From contig MCFH01000088.1 in assembly GCA_002104945.1 (NCBI GenBank), forward strand, positions 62,001-126,000: DNA of 64,000 nt. The letters run 5' to 3'. The notes beneath the pieces are model-generated. The model saw nothing but the letters and a program-made list of their open reading frames with translations, was not told the origin of the DNA and did no database searches. The translations under genes were made by a program, and so were the position numbers. The DNA comes from Piromyces finnis finn (lineage: Eukaryota > Fungi > Neocallimastigomycota). This document shows positions 57,401 to 64,000 of the stretch, in pieces. The stretch's first letter is position 1. Each line of letters starts with the position of its first letter.

Positions 57401-58992
57401 CTGAGCTCGTCTGCAATTGAAAAAGCAGTTGAAGTAAACTCTTTGGAAAGTTCATCTGTAGAAACATTAGGATCGTTGGATTTTGCTGAAAGTATTTGGA
57501 ATTTATTATGACTGATAATAGATTCCTTTTCCTCAATACATTTTAATCTATTCCATTTCAGAATTTTCTTAGGAACATTAAAGTCATTAGAAAAATCTTC
57601 CATAGGAATAATTTTACCATTAATAAGAAGTGGCTTATGGTCTGATACAGGATAAAAATTATTTATAAATGATCCTGAGTGAATAAGATCTTTCATCTTC
57701 GAATTGATAAGAGCATGGTCAATGTCGGAAGATTGATCACCTCGAGTCCAAGAGATAGTCGACCCTCTAAGCGGAAGAATTTCCCAATCTCCTAATCCAT
57801 TAGTTGATAACCAGTTGGATAATTTTACTTTAGACATATTAAAATCACCAACAAGAATCGATGGATGGGATGAATGAGTTTGTAACCACAAGCGAACTTC
57901 TAACTTTGCATGATCAACATAGATGTTGTGATGACTATGAGGCATATAAACATTACCAATCGAGCATTTGAATCTATTCCAGAGACTAAAAGTATAAATA
58001 GAAATAATATACTTTCCAGAGAAGTTTTCAAGTGAGGCTTGACATGAATTGTGAAAACCTAAATATAAACCTCTCATTCCCGGAACTGATTCGTCAGCTT
58101 TCTTGAAAAAGTGTCTATAGTTTCGCAAAGTAACGCGACAAGGATAATCTGTATTCGAACCAGAACCATTACCAGTTTCTTGGAAACATAAAAATAATGG
58201 TTTGAAAATAGCTGTGAAATAGCTAATACTATCTCTCTTTTCATGATTCCACCCATTGGTGTTCCAACTAAGACAAAAAGAAAAGTTATCAGGCTTGTTG
58301 GATGAGGAAGAATCGTTGCTATTATTATTATTATTAAAGTCATCGTTATTAATGGATGATGCATCAGAGGAATAAGTAGAACTATTACTAGATGGCTGTG
58401 AAACTGAAGAACTATCAACTATTGAACTGTTATCAGAGTTGATAGAGCTATTAGAATTAATTGTTGAATGTTGAAATTGAAATTGTGTTTGCTGTAGATC
58501 TGGAATATTTTCATGATTGGAAACTTGTTGAAGATCTTGTTGAAGATCTAGTTGAAGATCGGATTGTTGATGAGATTGTTGAACTGATTGTTGAAATGAT
58601 TGTTGAATAGAATGTTGATGTTTATTAGAAACTAAAATTTTACGTTTGAGAGTGGAAAAAGTGTATTTGTGATTCCTTCTACTACGAGCTGAAAAGGAAA
58701 TTGAGGTAATTGAAAGTTTCTTCTTTAACATGTGTAAGATTTTAATACAATCTTTCGATGAACCATGAACCTTGACTAAGAAAAAGTGATCATTGAAAGT
58801 TTGAAAATATTTAACACTAATAACTGAATTAAATTTGTCTTCTAGAATAACCTCGAGCTTTTCCCATAGCATATTTACTGACCATGATCGAATACCACGG
58901 ATAAAGAAGGAGCGAATATCATCTAAGAGGATACCATAAGACCGGGTACCACGTCTGATATAATTCTTGTCTTTAATATAAAGGACTGACAT
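54469..58992 (-). CDS. Single LINE ORF, 1507 aa: N-terminal domain, APE endonuclease, RT, CCHC
   Basis: APE: LSWNTNG, CFQETG, LVGDFN, SDIDH, SDHKPL. RT: KASGPDGIP, NYRGISL, QFGFR, FLDLRKAYDSV, GVRQGCPLSP, LFADD. C-terminal CPCCKCGDQSIKHWLLDCP. Confidence 0.96.
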   Translation of the reverse strand: MSVLYIKDKNYIRRGTRSYGILLDDIRSFFIRGIRSWSVNMLWEKLEVILEDKFNSVISVKYFQTFNDHFFLVKVHGSSKDCIKILHMLKKKLSITSISFSARSRRNHKYTFSTLKRKILVSNKHQHSIQQSFQQSVQQSHQQSDLQLDLQQDLQQVSNHENIPDLQQTQFQFQHSTINSNSSINSDNSSIVDSSSVSQPSSNSSTYSSDASSINNDDFNNNNNSNDSSSSNKPDNFSFCLSWNTNGWNHEKRDSISYFTAIFKPLFLCFQETGNGSGSNTDYPCRVTLRNYRHFFKKADESVPGMRGLYLGFHNSCQASLENFSGKYIISIYTFSLWNRFKCSIGNVYMPHSHHNIYVDHAKLEVRLWLQTHSSHPSILVGDFNMSKVKLSNWLSTNGLGDWEILPLRGSTISWTRGDQSSDIDHALINSKMKDLIHSGSFINNFYPVSDHKPLLINGKIIPMEDFSNDFNVPKKILKWNRLKCIEEKESIISHNKFQILSAKSNDPNVSTDELSKEFTSTAFSIADELSITSANNVIKSSFHISQQIFNLQKIKMKLYKRFKKERIYDIDEFIKRIKIYRKLIDYIHKRCNEFRKQEYLHWIKTGCEYMKSHNPKKAWKWIKKTAKIGKDSFFIAQPIKNKNGELVVATEEQLDVWHDHFENLASDPSGVSLDLEHWYEEPTNKRFSLPMLDEWDINQDISIDEVKSAILTTPNYKASGPDGIPIEFYKALVPSSNDSNNATDNNSSGNTTSDNDAHGLNFILKLFNRIWDGDFPNSWNESSIVSIPKKGDLTDCDNYRGISLINNGIKLISKIVTTRISEYGLKNNFIRPEQFGFRKKEESISLFISIQEICRRRQLDNKETYLAFLDLRKAYDSVPIGNILHKLDCLGIRGKSLQFIKNLYLTSKANVKLDGQFSKSFDVKKGVRQGCPLSPILFNLFINDIFRECEDLGVSLGDTRCCGGLFADDIVICAPTRGCLKKMLRRVNEWALYNEMEFGIQKCSTMVIRPESIENQNKRDPTFYLAGQPIPTTDCYTYLGVPFDKNLSLKPVIKALNNKVLKGLFSISKFLRNPNIPIPFKKLVLNSQVISRVSYFAPLLGSNKARSRIAQKHVNKGIRWVAGVHKAVSFISLYSISKDLNIPPLSAKCALAQVRCFNKWKNSNCIISHLVNYIPKFRKYTWCKSSRTLDKKLKKHGDVKAVKNFYWKDLKGNSIKAQYYDDNKFIGTKDFIKLCYEYPEFAYGFYWLLKARSGYKLDARVAKAAKFVDPVCPNYCPCCKCGDQSIKHWLLDCPTFRDIRIKHYDSIVQLLNFFSQRNSNSPINNNEMDNISRDSNNINSNSNNSSNNNSNSNNSNSNNSNNNNNRNNNISNDSNSEDNNSNLDSNLVNDSNSSNNPVNINVYDYSSVCSKIFKFLLGGRSFNNINYNSREWKELCKRQIQPDTNEGTPFLTVTAELLTKIMPFAIGQQWSMFKRFEATSKSVNAEETVRQARRASATNGDHNFVP

Positions 58993-59635
58993 GATAATAA
59001 ATTCTAATTAAAAATATTGAATATAAAATAAATACTAATAAAAATTATAAATATAACGTATATGGAAAAAAATCTGTCTCTCTCTCTCTTCTTAAAAGTA
59101 CTGGATAGTACAAAAATTGTTACGATGCTTTGTTTAAAGTTTCTTTTTTTTGAATTCTAGTTGTAAATTTTCTTTAAAAATTCTAGTTTTGGTTTGTTGT
59201 TAGTAAATTCGAATCGCTTTTTGACACTAAACTTGTTTGACTTTACTTTTCATTAAATATTTAAATTGGTAAAAAATTTGAATCAAGAATGTCGACACCA
59301 GAAAGCTTGTGAATAGTATTTTTACATGATGTAGAGTGAATCAGTCTCTTACAAGAAACAATACAACAATAGCTACATGAATATAAAAGTACAATGCAAA
59401 TGCTAAAGTTGACTACATTGGATTCTTACAAGAGAAGAGTAGTACTACATGAATACATGAATAAAAGAAAAAATACAGCAACAAAATGTATTACTCTTCT
59501 AATTAAATACTATACAAACTTACCTGAATATCAAACATTCAACTTATTCATCAAATACTTAATTCGATGAATAAAATGTTTTTTAATCGCTCAGTACCAT
59601 GAGCTTAGTCCTAATAATTTTCCCTTAAAGACTAA

Positions 59636-59881
59636 CCAAGCATCCATTGCGCAATGCTTGGATTTAATTCTTTCTACTCTCTCAGTACCATGAGCATGAG
59701 TAGACCCCCTTGATAAACTCCATTATTAAATAAATGAAGGCACGTTCCTAAGAGGGCACCAAGCATCCATTACGCAATACTTGGATTTAATTCTTTCTAC
59801 TCTCTCAGTACCATGAGCATGAGTAGACCCCCTTGAGAAACTACATTTATTAAATAAATGAAGGCACGTTCCCAAGAGGAA
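59636..59881 (-). repeat. Two ~123-bp tandem monomers at the LINE 5' end
   Basis: Units 59636-59758 and 59759-59881 both start CCAAGCATCC on the + strand. A partial unit is present in copy 1 (~54125-54190). Confidence 0.9.
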
Positions 59882-59886
59882 AGCAT

Positions 59887-59890
<4 letters not shown>

Positions 59891-59941
<51 letters not shown>

Positions 59942-62900
59942 GGCATCAAATATTTTAAACTTTATTATTAATTTAATTAAAATTATAATACATGTAATAT
60001 AAAAATTAAAATAAAATAAAAATAAAAAAAATATGTTTAAATAAACACAAATGAATAAAAATTGGGTATAATGTATTCTAGTAATTTTAATTAAAGTAAG
60101 AAAGCCACTATCATACTAAAGTATAATAATTGTATTTGACTTCCAATGGGACACCGAGCCAAAGATCAAAATTTTATCATGGGACAAAATTATGATCTCC
60201 ATTGGTTGCGCTGGCCCTCCTGGCCTGTCTTACTGTTTCTTCAGCATTGACGCTCTTGGATGTTGCTTCAAACCTTTTGAACATTGACCATTGCTGGCCA
60301 ATAGCAAAAGGCATGATTTTGGTTAGAAGTTCCGCGGTTACCGTCAAGAATGGTGTTCCTTCATTAGTACCAGATTGAATCTGACGCTTACAAAGTTCTT
60401 TCCATTCCCTTGAATTGTAATTGATATTGTTAAAACTTCTTCCCCCAAGAAGGAATTTAAATATTTTACTGCACACACTAGAATAATCATACACATTAAT
60501 ATTCACCGGATTATTAGAACTATTACTATCATTAACTAAATTACTATCTAAATTAGAATTATTATCTTCACTATTGCTATCATTACTAATATTATTATTT
60601 CTATTACTACTATTGTTATTATTACTATTGTTACTATTACTATTGTTATTATTACTATTGTTACTATTACTATTAATATTATTACTATCTCTACTGATAT
60701 TATCAATTTCATTATTATTGATAGGACTATTGGAATTACGTTGACTGAAAAAATTTAATAGCTGGACTATGGAATCATAATGTTTAATACGGATATCTCT
60801 AAATGTTGGACAATCTAATAACCAATGTTTAATACTTTGATCTCCACACTTGCAACATGGACAGTAGTTAGGACAAACTGGATCAACAAATTTGGCAGCT
60901 TTGGCAACTCTAGCATCCAACTTGTATCCGCTTCTTGCTTTCAATAGCCAGTAGAAGCCATAGGCAAACTCTGGGTACTCATAACATAATTTAATAAAAT
61001 CTTTAGTATCAATAAACTTATTATCATCATAATATTGCGCTTTGATTGAATTCCCTTTGAGATCTTTCCAATAAAAGTTTTTAACTGCTTTAACATCTCC
61101 ATGTTTCTTTAGTTTTTTATCAAGTGTCCTACTTGATTTGCACCACGTGTATTTTCTAAATTTAGGAATGTAATTGACAAGGTGTGAGATAATACAATTT
61201 GAGTTTTTCCATTTGTTAAAACATCTAACCTGAGCTAATGCACATTTGGCTGACAATGGAGGAATATTCAAATCTTTTGAGATAGAGTATAAAGATATAA
61301 ACGATACAGCTTTATGAACTCCGGCAACCCATCGTATTCCTTTGTTAACATGCTTCTGTGCAATTCTAGACCTGGCTTTGTTGGATCCAAGTAATGGTGC
61401 AAAGTATGAAACTCTGCTAATCACTTGTGAGTTAAGTACTAGCTTTTTGAAGGGAATAGGAATATTAGGATTTCTTAAGAATTTACTGACTGAAAAAAGC
61501 CCTTTCAAAACCTTGTTATTAAGAGCTTTAATAACTGGTTTAAGGGACAGATTCTTATCAAATGGAACACCAAGATAAGTATAACAATCAGTAGTTGGAA
61601 TGGGTTGTCCTGCTAAGTAAAATGTTGGATCTCTCTTGTTCTGATTTTCTATTGATTCAGGACGAATCACCATCGTTGAACACTTCTGGATACCAAATTC
61701 CATTTCATTATACAAGGCCCATTCATTAACTCTTCTAAGCATCTTTTTTAAGCATCCTCTTGTTGGAGCACAAATAACTATATCATCTGCAAAAAGTCCA
61801 CCACAGCATCGAGTGTCACCTAAACTGACTCCGAGATCTTCACACTCTTTAAATATATCATTAATAAAGAGATTAAAGAGAATAGGAGAAAGAGGGCATC
61901 CTTGACGGACTCCTTTCTTCACATCAAAAGATTTCGAGAATTGTCCATCTAATTTGACATTAGCCTTAGATGTTAAATATAAATTTTTGATGAATTGTAA
62001 ACTCTTACCTCGGATTCCTAAACAATCTAATTTATGGAGAATATTACCGATTGGGACTGAATCGTATGCTTTCCTGAGATCTAAAAAGGCCAAATATGTC
62101 TCTTTATTATCTAATTGACGTCTACGGCATATTTCTTGGATTGAAATGAAAAGACTGATACTTTCTTCCTTTTTTCGAAAACCAAATTGTTCAGGTCTAA
62201 TGAAATTATTCTTTAGACCATATTCTGAGATTCTAGTGGTGACAATTTTGGAAATCAACTTAATACCATTATTGATAAGTGATATACCTCGATAGTTATC
62301 ACAATCTGTCAAATCTCCCTTCTTAGGAATAGAAACAATACTGGATTCATTCCATGAGTTGGGGAAGTCTCCATCCCAAATACGGTTGTATAATTTAAGA
62401 ATAAAATTTAAACCATAAGCATCATTATCTGAAGTGGTATTACCGGAAGAATTATTATCTGTAGCATTATTAGAATCATTACTTGATGGAATTAATGCTT
62501 TGTAAAATTCAATTGGAATACCATCCGGACCTGATGCTTTATAATTCGGAGTAGAGAGGATAGCTGACTTGACTTCATCAATACTAATATCTTGGTTGAT
62601 ATCCCATTCATCAAGCATAGGGAGTGAAAAACGTTTATTCGTTGGTTCTTCATACCAATGCTCCAAATCAAGACTTACGCCACTTGGATCTGATGCAAGA
62701 TTTTCGAAATGATCATGCCACACATCTAGTTGTTCTTCCGTAGCAACAACTAATTCTCCATTTTTATTTTTAATTGGTTGAGCAATAAAGAAAGAATCTT
62801 TTCCAATTTTTGCAGTTTTCTTGATCCATTTCCAGGCCTTCTTAGGATTATGACTCTTCATATACTCACATCCTGTTTTAATCCAATGAAGATATTCTTG

Positions 62901-64000
62901 TTCCTAAATTCATTACATCTTTTGTGGATGTAATCAATGAGCTTACGGTAGATTTTAATTCTTTTAATAAATTCATCTATATCATAAATTCTTTCTTTTT
63001 TAAATCTCTTATACAACTTCATTTTGATTTTTTGGAGATTAAAAATTTGTTGTGAAATATGAAATGAAGACTTTATAACATTATTTGCTGAGGTAATACT
63101 GAGCTCGTCTGCAATTGAAAAAGCAGTTGAAGTAAATTCTTTGGAAAGATCATCTGTAGAAACATTAGGATCGTTGAATTTTGCTGAAAGTATTTGGAAT
63201 TTATTATGACTGAGAATAGATTCCTTTTCCTCAATACATTTTAATCTATTCCATTTCAGAATTTTCTTAGGAACGTTAAAGTCATTAGAAAAATCTTCCA
63301 TAGGAATAATTTTACCATTAATAAGAAGTGGCTTATGGTCTGATACAGGATAAAAATTATTTATAAATGATCCTGAGTGAATAAGATCTTTCATCTTCGA
63401 ATTGATAAGAGCATGGTCAATGTCGGAAGATTGTTCACCTCGAGTCCAAGAGATAGTAGACCCTCTAAGCGGAAGAATTTCCCAATCTCCTAATCCATTA
63501 GTTGATAACCAGTTGGATAATTTTACTTTAGACATATTAAAATCACCAACAAGAATCGATGGATGGGATGAATGAGTTTGTAACCACAAGCGAACTTCTA
63601 ACTTTGCATGATCAACATAGATGTTGTGATGACTATGAGGCATATAAACATTTCCAATCGAGCATTTGAATCTATTCCAGAGACTAAAAGTATAAATAGA
63701 AATAATATACTTTCCAGAGAAGTTTTCAAGTGAGGCTTGACACGAATTGTGAAAACCTAAATATAAACCTCTCATTCCCGGAACTGATTCGTCAGCTTTC
63801 TTGAAAAAGTGTCTATAGTTTCGCAAAGTAACACGACAAGGATAATCTGTATTCGAACCAGAACCATTACCAGTTTCTTGGAAACATAAGAATAATGGTT
63901 TGAAAATAGCTGTGAAATAGCTAATACTATCTCTCTTTTCATGATTCCACCCATTGGTGTTCCAACTAAGACAAAAAGAAAAGTTATCAGGCTTGTTGGA
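59891..64000 (-). mobile_element. LINE copy 3 (runs off the window), 1-bp frameshift at 62900/62901
   Basis: Poly-T at 59891-59938; ORF pieces 60177-62861 and 62858-63826. It lacks the C present in copy 2 (TTCTTGCTTCC vs TTCTTGTTCC). Confidence 0.95.

Larger units (their letters stand above)
54191..59881 (-). mobile_element. LINE copy 2, apparently full length (5.7 kb), with poly(A) tail and 5' tandem repeats
   Basis: Poly-T at 54191-54228 on the + strand, ~240-nt 3' UTR, intact ORF, and AGCATGAGT at both ends (54182-54190, 59882-59890). Confidence 0.95.

Noticed and set aside
59636-59881. Hammerhead or HDV-like ribozyme, or a CRISPR-like array, in the LINE monomers
   Set aside because: CUGAGAG does not fit CUGANGA, no HDV P2/C75 arrangement could be built, and there are no unique spacers or cas genes.
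55679-63954. Short alternative ORFs within the LINE copies (55679, 57079, 58074, 61342, 63772; also 52562 in copy 1)
   Set aside because: They overlap the main ORF, have no recognisable motifs, and recur only because the copies are near-identical.
54191-64000. Tandem LINEs as an assembly duplication artefact
   Set aside because: The copies differ at many positions (e.g. PDT vs SGT, DAHG vs DAYG, different tail lengths) and the junctions carry a TSD-like 9-mer.

Overview
Extremely AT-rich, intron-dense eukaryotic DNA. The composition plus flagellar genes (LRRC51, RSPH1) and fungal-type housekeeping genes suggest an anaerobic gut fungus (Neocallimastigomycota); this is an inference. Bases 1-37 kb hold nine multi-exon host genes: LRRC51, PIG-S, an F-box/LRR protein built from one exon per repeat, SPT7, RSPH1, a Reb1/TTF1-like Myb protein, CAP/Srv2, poly(A) polymerase and CCT2, which carries a U12-type-looking intron. 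A tRNA-Ser(UGA) gene at 39755-39836 marks the start of a 24-kb retroelement pile-up. First comes a full-length Ty3/Gypsy element inserted 14 bp upstream of the tRNA (tRNA-Ala PBS, UUUAAAC -1 frameshift signal, nonsense codon in gag). Three more LTR units follow head-to-tail, each separated only by the same 4-bp TAAT/TAAC target duplication. Then come three head-to-tail copies of a single-ORF APE-RT LINE whose junctions all fall at one 9-bp site inside the element's own 5' repeat. The best candidates for an undescribed system are the tRNA-anchored, same-site LTR stack and the self-targeting tandem LINE array.
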